From the NCBI GenBank assembly GCA_965261595.1, contig CBDHDG010000006.1:1248001-1312000 (forward strand): a stretch of DNA of 64,000 nt. The letters are read 5' to 3'. This DNA comes from a bacterium. GTDB taxonomy: Bacteria > UBA8248 > JACPRG01 > G963555815. Positions 30,628 to 39,761 of the stretch are shown one piece after another (position 1 is the first letter of the stretch; each line of letters begins with the position of its first letter). The position numbers were made by a program, and so were the translations under genes. The notes below the pieces were generated by a model. The model was given only the letters and a program-made list of their open reading frames with translations. It was not told the DNA's origin and did no database searches.

Positions 30628-30880
30628 GGACGCCGGTCGGCGCTTTTACTCTCACACCCCACGCACCGTTGGTGCCGTTGCAAACCAGCGCGCGCTTGTC
30701 ATGCGGTTTGCTGCGCAAATACCGACAAAAGCAGCCTAAGTGTTGTTGGATCAAGCGTATGCCGTACCGATATACTGATCTAAGACATTGATATTGCTGT
30801 ATTTTGTTTCGGACCGATATACGACCGGCATACGTCCCTGTCGCGGCTGCGACGGCCGTGTATGCTGCACCGATATACGG
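30628..30880 (-). promoter_or_regulatory. oriT-like site 2 (MOBF-type); predicted nic at 30654/30653 on the minus strand
   Basis: Minus strand reads GCACC-AAC-GGTGC-GTGGGGTGT^GAGAGT. CGATATAC at 30768, 30815 and 30871. Homologous to site 1. Confidence 0.72.
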
Positions 30881-30971
30881 GGAATCGACGCCAACGAGGA
30901 CGGAACCGCTTCCGTTCCCTGGGGAAACCTGTGCATTCCCGAACGAAGACCGCGACTCGGAGAGACAAAAC

Positions 30972-31355
30972 ATGAGCGAAAACGAGCGAACCGACGCCGA
31001 AACCGGCGCGACTCCAGACGAGAAACAGACCGACACGCGTACGCCACGGGCGATCCGGTTCTCGGATTCCGATTGGGATGAGGTAAAGACGGCGGCAGCG
31101 GAGCATAAAATCCCGGCCGCCGAGTTCGTCCGCGATGCCGCGCTGAACCTCGCCCGGAACAAGAACGTCGCGGACTCCGCCGCGATGCCGCCAGGAATCG
31201 TCGCGCTGATCGAGCGCATCTATCGAAGCACCTACATCGTTGCGACGCTCAAACGCGATGAAATGCTCCGCGAAGGGCGCGGCGACGAACTCGACGAGAT
31301 GATAAAATTGGCCCGGGAGACCCAGGCGACGATCCTGGAAGATGCTTCAAAATGA
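30972..31355 (+). CDS. RHH/CopG-like protein, probable relaxosome accessory factor
   Basis: PRAIRFSDSDWDEVKTAA...AAEFVRDAA. Confidence 0.65.
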   Translation: MSENERTDAETGATPDEKQTDTRTPRAIRFSDSDWDEVKTAAAEHKIPAAEFVRDAALNLARNKNVADSAAMPPGIVALIERIYRSTYIVATLKRDEMLREGRGDELDEMIKLARETQATILEDASK

Positions 31356-31540
31356 GGGCCGCGTAAGCCTCGGCGCCCCGGCGAGGCCGCGTGGTATTGC
31401 CGGACGCCATGAAAACCGGCCATCGTATTCCAACGCGCCCGACATTCACGATAGCGGAAACTCAGTTCGCCGATCCGCGCCCGGTCCGGCGCGAAACTGG
31501 CGGTTTCCTGACGAAAACCGAAGCCCACTGGAGCAGAATT

Positions 31541-31924
31541 ATGACGGGAAACCATCTGAGAGACGCCGCTATCGATCCGAATCTGGACGAAAAGAACGCC
31601 GATCTCCGCACGCCGCACTCGATCCGGTTCTCGGATTCAGAATGGTCTCGCAGCGAGCAAGCGGCCAAAGGGCGTGGAATGACGGCTGCCGAGCTTGTGC
31701 GCCATGCCGCAATGAGCCTCGCCGAGGACAAATCTACCACGGGTTCCTCAACGCTCGGACCTGGAATCGCCGCGCAGATCGTGCGTATCTGTCGCGGCGT
31801 CTACTTGCTTTCGACGCTGAAACGCGACGAAATGTTCCGCGATGGACGCCAGGAGGAGCTCGACCGGATTGGGAGGGATGCCCGCGACTCGTGGGCTGCG
31901 ATCCTGAACAGTCAATCTGACTGA
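31541..31924 (+). CDS. RHH/CopG-like protein, tandem paralogue
   Basis: PHSIRFSDSEW...AAELVRHAA...TLKRDEM shared with the previous gene. Confidence 0.65.
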   Translation: MTGNHLRDAAIDPNLDEKNADLRTPHSIRFSDSEWSRSEQAAKGRGMTAAELVRHAAMSLAEDKSTTGSSTLGPGIAAQIVRICRGVYLLSTLKRDEMFRDGRQEELDRIGRDARDSWAAILNSQSD

Positions 31925-31956
31925 GCTAAAATGAACCGCTTGCTTTCGACGGTGTT

Positions 31957-32049
31957 ATGAAGATCTCGGAAATTCGGTTCCCCGATCCGCTTCTAACCGC
32001 GCTGCGGGACGTCAGACTGGTGGTCTTCGCCGGTGCCGGGGTGGAGTGA
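31957..32049 (+). pseudogene. SIR2-family protein N-terminal stub
   Basis: MKISEIRFPDPLLTALRDVRLVVFAGAGV; the GAG NAD-binding motif is followed at once by a break. Confidence 0.6.
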
Positions 32050-32282
32050 CGGCGGGACATGAACTTGATGTGCTGCTGGAGAAAGCGGCGGTTGAGTTGG
32101 TACCTGTCACGTCCGAACACGCCAGCGCCGCACGTCGGGCTTGGCGTCGTTTCGGCAAGGGCAATCACCCTGCGGCGCTGAACGTTGGGGACTGCTTGGC
32201 CTATGCGCTCGCCGATGCGACGGGCGAGCCGCTGCTGTTCAAGGGCAAGGACTTCGCCCAAACCGATATCGGGCCGGCGTGA
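32046..32282 (+). pseudogene. vapC: VapC (PIN) toxin, 5'-truncated
   Basis: RFGKGNHPAALN.GDC.AYALA...LLFKG.DF.QTD; N-terminal DTS motif absent. Confidence 0.8.
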
Positions 32283-32360
32283 TCGAGAAAACGGGCCGGA
32301 GAACGGAAATGCCGATGACTGATCGGGAATGGATGCCTCAGCGATCGCGAATCCACGTGG

Positions 32361-35300
32361 ATGACCGCCGCATCATTTCGCTTGGGTCAGCGCATCATGA
32401 ATAGTCTGATTCAGACTGCCACCGCAGAGCTTGCCGACTTCCTTACGGCACATCTGCCCCCTCTCGGCGGGGATTGGTGGAAGAAGCACGTTGAAGATCG
32501 CTTGAGTTTCCAGCAACAGCGTATGGTGCGGGAGCGCGAGCTCACGACGCTGGAGCAACTGGACTTTGCCGCCCTGCTGCGAGTTCTTGACCAGAACTGG
32601 CGCGAGCTTTCTCAGGTGCTCAGTCTGCCTCGCGAAGGACGCACATGGGTCAAGGAGCTGCAAACGGTACGTAACAAGTGGGCGCATCGATCGACCCAGA
32701 CCATGGAGGCGAGTGAAGTCTATCGTGATGCCGATACCCTCGGCCGTCTCCTCGATATGCTGGGTGCTGCTCCGGAATCCGTCGCAGCGGTTGAGGCCGC
32801 GAAGACGGATGCTCTTGCAAGTATGGCGACCGCCCGCGGCGTGATTGCCGGTTCTTCGGAGCCTGCCGAGGGGACAGGCGAACCAGCCGTTGAGGAGACA
32901 GCGCAGGGTGGCGGATCCGGATCGTCGGAACCTCCTGAGACGATGTTCCAGGTCGGTAGCTTGGTCGCGCTGCGATCCGATCCGGCGATTGTCATGCCGG
33001 TCATCGAGGTCGTGCCGAGTGGGGCCGAATGTCGCTACCGTGTATTTCAGGACACCAGGAAGGTTACCTACTACGAGAGCCAGCTACGACATCCCGAGCA
33101 GACCGAGGAAGCGCAGCCCCGACCGAGCGCGGCGGACCTGCGCGCGTACCTGACGAGCCTGCATCTGCTCTCGCCCTCGACGGCCAACCTTCATTCGCTG
33201 CGCTCGGGGCGTATTCAGTTCGTGCCTTACCAGTACCGCCCCGTGCTGAAGTTGATCCGGGCGGATCGGCCGCGTCTGCTCATCGCCGACGAGGTCGGCG
33301 TCGGCAAGACGATCGAGGCCGGCCTGATCATCAAGGAGCTGCGGGCGCGCATGGACATCTCCTCCGTGCTCGTGATCTGTCCGAAGGCATTGGTCTCCGA
33401 GCGCAAGTGGTTCGTGGAGATGAAGCGCTTCGACGAACACTTCACGGCGCTCGATGGTCCGATGCTGCGCCACTGTCTGTGGGAAACGCATCTGGACGGC
33501 GAATGGCCGGACCAGTACGCCAAGGCGATCGTCCCGTTCTCGCTGTTCGATTCGGAGCTGATGTTTGGGAAAAGCGGGAGAGGCCGGGGCAGGAGCGAGG
33601 GGCTACTCGCCCTCGACCCGCCGCCCAAGTTCGACCTCGTGATCGTCGACGAAGCGCACCATATCCGCAATCCGGAAACGTACCTCCACCAGGGCGTGCG
33701 CTACTTTTGCGACAACGCGCAGGCCGCCATCTTTCTTACCGCTACGCCGGTCCAGTTGGGCAGCGAGGATCTCTTTACGCTGCTCAACGCACTCCGGCCG
33801 GACCTGGTGATCGACCGTCCGAGCTTCGAACAGATGGCCGCGCCCAATCGGTTTGTCAACGCGGCTGTGGGGCATTGCCGCGCCGCTGAGGATGGCTGGC
33901 AAGGCGAAGCGCGTGCTTGCATGGGCGAAGCCGAGCAAACCGAGTGGGGTCGCCTCTTTCTGCGGGAGTCACCGGCTTTTCAGAACATCTACGACCGGCT
34001 GGGAGGAGAGCAGGTCGATGACGCGAACCGCATCGGCATCGTCCGGTCTCTGGAGGATCTCTATACCTTCAGCCCGATGATCAACCGGACGCGCCGCAGG
34101 GATATCGGCGAGTTCACGACTCGAAGGCCGGAGACGCTGACGACCGAGTTCACGCCCGAGCAGCAGCGCCTGCACGACGATCTGCTCGATGTCGTGGCCC
34201 GTATCCTGGCGTTTGCGCACGGACAGCAGAACGTCAAGTTCATGATGACCACGATTCGCCGCCAGGCGGCGAGCTGTCTGTATGGACTGGCGCCCCTGCT
34301 GCGCAGCATCCTCGCCGGCAAGCTGGATGGCCTTGAGACGATGGAAGCGGGCGACGTCGAGGGCGAAACCGATCTCGGCTTCCTCGCCGAGGCGCGGAGC
34401 GATATCGAGGCGCTTCTGGAGAGAGCCGACAGCCTCGATCCGCGGGACCCGAAGGTTGATGCTTTTGTCCAGGTACTGCGCGACAAGAGCCGAATGGCCA
34501 ACAACAAGGCCCTGGTGTTCAGCACCTTCCGGCACACGCTTGCGTATATCGCAAGGCACACGGAAGACGCGGGATTGCGCTACGGGCTTGTGCATGGTGA
34601 CGTGGCGGACGAGGAGCGGGCGGACTTGCGCCGCCGGTTCGCGCTGCCGAAGGAAGACCCGGACGCGCTGGATGTATTGCTCTCCTCGGAGGTCGGCGGC
34701 GAAGGGCTCGATTTTCAGTTCTGCGACCTGTTGATCAACTACGATCTGCCCTGGAACCCGATGCGCGTCGAGCAGCGCATCGGGCGCATCGACCGCTACG
34801 GTCAACAGAGCGAGACCGTTGCCGTCGTCAATCTGGTTACGCCTGGCACGGTCGACGCAGATATCTACGAACGCTGTTTGTGTCGCATCGGCGTGTTCCA
34901 GCACGCGGTCGGCGGCAGCGAGGAGATTCTTGGCGAGATAACCCGTGAAATCCATGATATCGCGGAGAGCTTCACGCTTACGGCCGAGGAACGCGCGCAA
35001 CGCTTACAGCAGCTCGGCGACAACGGGATTCGGCAAATTCAGGAAGAGCAGGCGCTTGAGGAAAAACAGGCCGAGCTATTCGGGTTGACGGTTCCGAAAC
35101 AGTCCTGGCGCGAGGAGATCGAGGCCGCCGAGACCTTCTGGCTGTCGCCAAACGCCTTGCAGCGCTGCGTCTCGACCTATCTCTCCGGGCTGATGGAAAC
35201 CGAGGGGGAGTTTTTTCTCGGCGAGAAGCCGCTCAAGACTCTGAGGTTGAATCAGGAGACCCGGGCCAGGCTGCTCGAGGACTTCAAGCGTCAACCCCGT

Positions 35301-35996
35301 TCGACCGACCCGGTGGCCCGGCAATGGGAAAGGTGGCTCAAGGGCGCCGGTCCGATGCTGTCGGTCACGTTCGATCAGGAAACCGCCGCGGCCGTCCCCG
35401 ACGCCGTTCACCTGAACGTCCTGCACCCTCTGGTGCGCCAGGCGGCCCGGTTCCAGGAACGTTCCGAGGTTGCCCGCGTCAGCCTGACCGCATCGAGCGA
35501 GAGTCTGCCGGCAGGCGAGTACCCGTTCGCGCTTTACCGCTGGCGCAAGGTCGGGGTGCGAACCGACGAAGCGCTGATCGCGATCAGTACCGAGCCGGCA
35601 ATGGACGACGCCATCATGTCATTGCTGGAGGAGGCCGGCGACGCGCGCGCTGAAATACGGGATGCCGATGAAGCCCTGGATGCGCTCGATCAGCGGCACC
35701 ATGACGAATGGAGCGTCGCGCGAGCGAACCACGTAGCGGAGAATGAGGAGTTGGTCCGGCATCGCCTCCAAAGCCTGGAGGTCAGCCATCAGGCCCGATG
35801 CAGGCTGCTTGAGGACCAGGTTCAACGAGCGACCGATGACAGGATTCGCCGCATGAAGGAGTCCGAGCTGGCGAGAGCCGGATATGACTGCGAGCGGCGG
35901 GTTTCAGATCTGCAGAAGGCAGCGAACAGTGCGGACATTCACGCCGACCTGGTCGTGCTTGGGGTACTCACCGTAACGCGGAGCGACCACGGATGA
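32361..35996 (+). CDS. Swt1-like HEPN domain fused to an SNF2-family helicase
   Basis: LD...LL...VRNKWAH (Rx4H); ADEVGVGKT, DEAHH, LTATP, EGLD.Q, QRIGRIDRYGQ. Alternative start at 32397. Confidence 0.88.
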   Translation: MTAASFRLGQRIMNSLIQTATAELADFLTAHLPPLGGDWWKKHVEDRLSFQQQRMVRERELTTLEQLDFAALLRVLDQNWRELSQVLSLPREGRTWVKELQTVRNKWAHRSTQTMEASEVYRDADTLGRLLDMLGAAPESVAAVEAAKTDALASMATARGVIAGSSEPAEGTGEPAVEETAQGGGSGSSEPPETMFQVGSLVALRSDPAIVMPVIEVVPSGAECRYRVFQDTRKVTYYESQLRHPEQTEEAQPRPSAADLRAYLTSLHLLSPSTANLHSLRSGRIQFVPYQYRPVLKLIRADRPRLLIADEVGVGKTIEAGLIIKELRARMDISSVLVICPKALVSERKWFVEMKRFDEHFTALDGPMLRHCLWETHLDGEWPDQYAKAIVPFSLFDSELMFGKSGRGRGRSEGLLALDPPPKFDLVIVDEAHHIRNPETYLHQGVRYFCDNAQAAIFLTATPVQLGSEDLFTLLNALRPDLVIDRPSFEQMAAPNRFVNAAVGHCRAAEDGWQGEARACMGEAEQTEWGRLFLRESPAFQNIYDRLGGEQVDDANRIGIVRSLEDLYTFSPMINRTRRRDIGEFTTRRPETLTTEFTPEQQRLHDDLLDVVARILAFAHGQQNVKFMMTTIRRQAASCLYGLAPLLRSILAGKLDGLETMEAGDVEGETDLGFLAEARSDIEALLERADSLDPRDPKVDAFVQVLRDKSRMANNKALVFSTFRHTLAYIARHTEDAGLRYGLVHGDVADEERADLRRRFALPKEDPDALDVLLSSEVGGEGLDFQFCDLLINYDLPWNPMRVEQRIGRIDRYGQQSETVAVVNLVTPGTVDADIYERCLCRIGVFQHAVGGSEEILGEITREIHDIAESFTLTAEERAQRLQQLGDNGIRQIQEEQALEEKQAELFGLTVPKQSWREEIEAAETFWLSPNALQRCVSTYLSGLMETEGEFFLGEKPLKTLRLNQETRARLLEDFKRQPRSTDPVARQWERWLKGAGPMLSVTFDQETAAAVPDAVHLNVLHPLVRQAARFQERSEVARVSLTASSESLPAGEYPFALYRWRKVGVRTDEALIAISTEPAMDDAIMSLLEEAGDARAEIRDADEALDALDQRHHDEWSVARANHVAENEELVRHRLQSLEVSHQARCRLLEDQVQRATDDRIRRMKESELARAGYDCERRVSDLQKAANSADIHADLVVLGVLTVTRSDHG

Positions 35997-38900
35997 GCGT
36001 TATTCAAGAAATCCATCGAGATCGTGAGGATCTCGCCCGGGTTCTGAAGAATCACCCCGGAATTCGTAAGATCGTCGAAGATCTGTACCCCGATCGTGCG
36101 CATTTCATTTACGAACTACTGCAGAATGCCGAGGACAAGGATGCATCCGAGGTCTGGTTCGACCTATCGAAAGACGACTTGGTGTTCGAGCACAACGGAA
36201 AAATCTTCGAAGAAGATCACATTCGGGCCATCACCGACATCGGCGAAGGAACCAAAGCGGCCGGCGACGAAAAGATCGGCCGTTTCGGTCTCGGATTCAA
36301 GGCGGTCTTTGCCTATACGGAGACGCCGCGCATCTGGTCGCCGAAGTTTGCGTTCGAAATTTCTGACTTGGTTCTGCCCACCGAGATAAGGAAGGATGAC
36401 TTGCTTGGCGAACTCACGCGGTTCGAATTTCCGTTCAACAACCCGAAGAAGTCGAAGTCAGACGCTTTTGGAGAGGTGCGGGCTGGTCTCCATGAGTTAT
36501 CGGAAACCACGCTGTTGTTCCTCTCCCATATCGAGTCGATTCACTGGCGAGTAGATGGCGGTTCGGAAGGACGCTTGTTGCGAATCTCGCACACCGAGCA
36601 TCACGTTGAGATACTGAGGGAGAGAGATGGCAAGGCGACAAAAAGTTCACACTTCCTCCGTTTCATGGAACTCGTTGAGGGACAGGAACAGCAACACGCC
36701 GCCATCGCGTTTGTGCTCGACGCGTTACCGGTCGTAAGCAGATTCGACAAGACCAAGCCCTTGGCAAAACAGTTCCGAATCACACCGGTCGTGTGGGGAC
36801 GTGTCGCAGTTTACTTTACCGCCGCAAAGGAGACGTCGGGACTGCGTTTCCATCTCCATGCGCCCTTCGTGCCGGAGCTCAGTCGCGCGAGCATCAAGGA
36901 CACGCCGGCGAACGAACCGCTGTTTCAGCAGTTGGCGAATTTGACGGCACAGTCCCTGTCTGCGATCCGCGATCTCGGTTTTCTGAACAGAGACTTTCTC
37001 GCCGTGCTGCCGAACCCACACAACGATCTTCCCGACAGATACGGATGTATACGTGAAGCCATCGTCGACGCGATGAATAAGCAACCGCTGACGCCCACCC
37101 ATGCGGGGACTCATGAGCCGGCCAGGCAACTGCTACAGGCGAGAGCGTCTCTGAAGACCCTCTTGGCCAAGGAAGATATCGAGATTCTCGTCGACTTCGA
37201 GGAGACGCCGCTTGCCTGGGCAATTGGCGCAACTCAGGGTGCAACTCAGAAGGATAAGGATATTGACAGCTTCCTCTCCAGCTTGGACATCAGGGATTGG
37301 GACATTAAACAGTTAGTGGAGAGGTTGGTAGAAGGGTTAAGCAGTAAGCCGAGATTTTCTCATGACGGCAAAAAATATCTTACCGAGCCTGATAAGACGT
37401 TGCTTCAGTGGTTGCGGTCGAAATCCGATGATTGGCACCAAAAACTGTACGCGCTTCTCAATGGGAAAGAATCAGAGGGAATTACGTCCCGACTGAAGTA
37501 TTCCTACATCGTTAGTCTCTCCACCGGCGATTATATGGTTGGCAACGAATGCTACTTTCCTACGGAGGACGTTCAAGAGGACACAATGCTACCGCGGGTA
37601 GCGATCGGTACTTACACTTCGGGAAGGAACAGAAAGGAGCAGATACAGGCTAAAGAATTTCTTGAATCCATCGGCGTCCGTGAGGTTGGCGAGCGTGAAC
37701 AAGTCGAGGCCATTCTCAAGCAGCGATACTCGAAAGAAGCCGAAAACCCTGACAGGAAGACGCATAAGAACGACTTGAGACTCTTCATTTCGTTGGTGGA
37801 GAACGATCCAAAGGCGGCTTCTCTCTTTAAGGATTATTGGATATTTGAGCGGGCTGACGACCAATGGGGACAGCCAGATCAGGTGTATCTCGATACACCG
37901 TATTTCGAAACGGGATTGCATGCCTATTACAGATCACTCGGAGACACAGCGGATCGCGTGGTACTAGCGGACAGTTACAAGAGCCTTGGGATATCGCAAA
38001 GAAAACTGGTGGATTTTGCGAAAGCCGTAAGCACCTTGACTAATCTTGTCATCGAAAAGCAATCGACCTGTGAACACCCAATGTCGAATTCACTTCGTCA
38101 GGACTACCACCAGCGTGGGGTGCGGTCGACGCATACAAGAATCAATGATGATTGGACGATATCCGATCTGACATCGGTGCTGGATCACCCATCGGAGGAA
38201 CTGTCGCGGCTGGTCTGGCATACGATGACCAAGTCGGACGAGAGCATACTGGAAGCCCGGTTCCGCCCGAATCAACAATACGAGACGAAAGTTGAGCCGT
38301 CCACGTTGGTCCTGACATTGCAGGAACTGCCGTGGGTGCCCCAAAGAGACGGAGAATTCGTCCGCCCCGCCGAAGCCTCGCGGGATCTGCTGCCGGAGGG
38401 CTTTCCGTTCGATCCAGGATGGCCGTGGATCAAAGCAATCTGTTTCGGTGAGGAGAGCGTCAAACGACTCGAAGAAATCCAAAGACAACGCGAGGAAGCC
38501 AAGGAGCTTGGCTTTGACGATGCTGAAGCATTAGATGACGCCAAATGGTTTGGCGGATTGAATGCGGAGGAACGGCAACGGCTCAAGTCGGAGCACGAAA
38601 GCAAGCGTATAACGGACCTTCCCGACGACAAGCCAAGCGATCCGGGACGACGCGCTGAGAAGGTTCGCGAGCAGGCCAAGGAAGCGCCGGACCGCGGTGC
38701 CGTAACTGTCCCTCGCTCCGTATCCGAGCACCGCGAAGCGGTCAAGAAGGACACCGACCCTTACCTGCGCACTCAGTATACCAACGGCGACAAAGTAATG
38801 ATCTGCCAAGTGTGCAAGAACGCCCTACCATTCAAGTTGGCCGACGGAAATTATTTCTTCGAAGCCGTGGAGTTCCTGCAGGAATTGCGAAGGCGCCATT

Positions 38901-39118
38901 ACCAGAATTACCTGGCTCTTTGCCCGAATCATGCCGCCATGTACCGGCACGCGAATGGCTCTGCGAAGCGGATGAAGAGTCTGTTTCTCGACTTGACGGG
39001 AAACGAGCTGAAGGTAGTTCTCGCCCGTAAGAACAAGACTGTTTACTTCACCAAAACTCATATCGCCGATCTTAAGGACGTAATCGCGACGGCGGATACG
39101 AATGAGCCGGAGATTTGA
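35993..39118 (+). CDS. Sacsin/GHKL-type ATPase with C-terminal HNH-like nuclease
   Basis: HFIYELLQNAED, HNG..F, IGRFGLGFKAVF; C-terminal MICQVC...LALCPNH. ATGA overlap with the helicase gene. Confidence 0.8.
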   Translation: MSVIQEIHRDREDLARVLKNHPGIRKIVEDLYPDRAHFIYELLQNAEDKDASEVWFDLSKDDLVFEHNGKIFEEDHIRAITDIGEGTKAAGDEKIGRFGLGFKAVFAYTETPRIWSPKFAFEISDLVLPTEIRKDDLLGELTRFEFPFNNPKKSKSDAFGEVRAGLHELSETTLLFLSHIESIHWRVDGGSEGRLLRISHTEHHVEILRERDGKATKSSHFLRFMELVEGQEQQHAAIAFVLDALPVVSRFDKTKPLAKQFRITPVVWGRVAVYFTAAKETSGLRFHLHAPFVPELSRASIKDTPANEPLFQQLANLTAQSLSAIRDLGFLNRDFLAVLPNPHNDLPDRYGCIREAIVDAMNKQPLTPTHAGTHEPARQLLQARASLKTLLAKEDIEILVDFEETPLAWAIGATQGATQKDKDIDSFLSSLDIRDWDIKQLVERLVEGLSSKPRFSHDGKKYLTEPDKTLLQWLRSKSDDWHQKLYALLNGKESEGITSRLKYSYIVSLSTGDYMVGNECYFPTEDVQEDTMLPRVAIGTYTSGRNRKEQIQAKEFLESIGVREVGEREQVEAILKQRYSKEAENPDRKTHKNDLRLFISLVENDPKAASLFKDYWIFERADDQWGQPDQVYLDTPYFETGLHAYYRSLGDTADRVVLADSYKSLGISQRKLVDFAKAVSTLTNLVIEKQSTCEHPMSNSLRQDYHQRGVRSTHTRINDDWTISDLTSVLDHPSEELSRLVWHTMTKSDESILEARFRPNQQYETKVEPSTLVLTLQELPWVPQRDGEFVRPAEASRDLLPEGFPFDPGWPWIKAICFGEESVKRLEEIQRQREEAKELGFDDAEALDDAKWFGGLNAEERQRLKSEHESKRITDLPDDKPSDPGRRAEKVREQAKEAPDRGAVTVPRSVSEHREAVKKDTDPYLRTQYTNGDKVMICQVCKNALPFKLADGNYFFEAVEFLQELRRRHYQNYLALCPNHAAMYRHANGSAKRMKSLFLDLTGNELKVVLARKNKTVYFTKTHIADLKDVIATADTNEPEI

Positions 39119-39159
39119 GCATCAAGCTAATGGGATGCCCGATACGCAGAATCAAAGTT

Positions 39160-39345
39160 CTCGCGCCACTTCCGCGATCATGCTTGCGATGCGGTTGGCG
39201 GCGGACTTGACGGGGTCGTTGGCGAGGTGGGCATAGCGGGCGGTCGTGTGTACATGGTTGTGGCCCAATAGCTTACTGATCACGGGCAGGCCTTCGCCGA
39301 CCAGAAGCCTGCCGCTCACATACGAGTTCCTCAGATCACGATTGA
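39160..39345 (-). pseudogene. Tyrosine integrase C-terminal remnant
   Basis: DLRNSYVS...GEGLPVISKLLGHNHVHTTARYAHLANDPVK. Confidence 0.7.
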
Positions 39346-39761
39346 GGTGCTTATGGCTGGGCCAGAATGCCGTGACGACGGGCAGAACGTGAGAGGTCGA
39401 ACCGGGAGAAGCGGAGCATCCAGACCAGAGGGGGCTGCTGGTTACGATAATCCGCGCCTTGGAAATTGACTGTCGGCAAGCGCCCCGCTCAGAAGATTAT
39501 CGTCGCTGTGGTCGGCTGCGCCGCAGGCGCGAATTAGGTACCGTCATGGGGCGTGGACCGGTAGTTCCTAAAGTGCAGGTTCGCGGCGTGATCGTTCACA
39601 CAACCCGCACCGGCAACGGCGAAACTAGCAAGCATCTCACAAATGAGAGTGCACCCATAACCGACAAGCTACGCCAGACACACGCAAACCCATTGCCACG
39701 AGGGAAAAATAGATGTACGTAATATCGAACTACCCGAAACAGCAACCAAGGCAGAGGTCAT

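Noticed and set aside
32361..39118. Assignment to Zorya, DISARM or BREX
   Set aside because: No ZorA/ZorB, methyltransferase, DrmAB or PglZ gene is adjacent.
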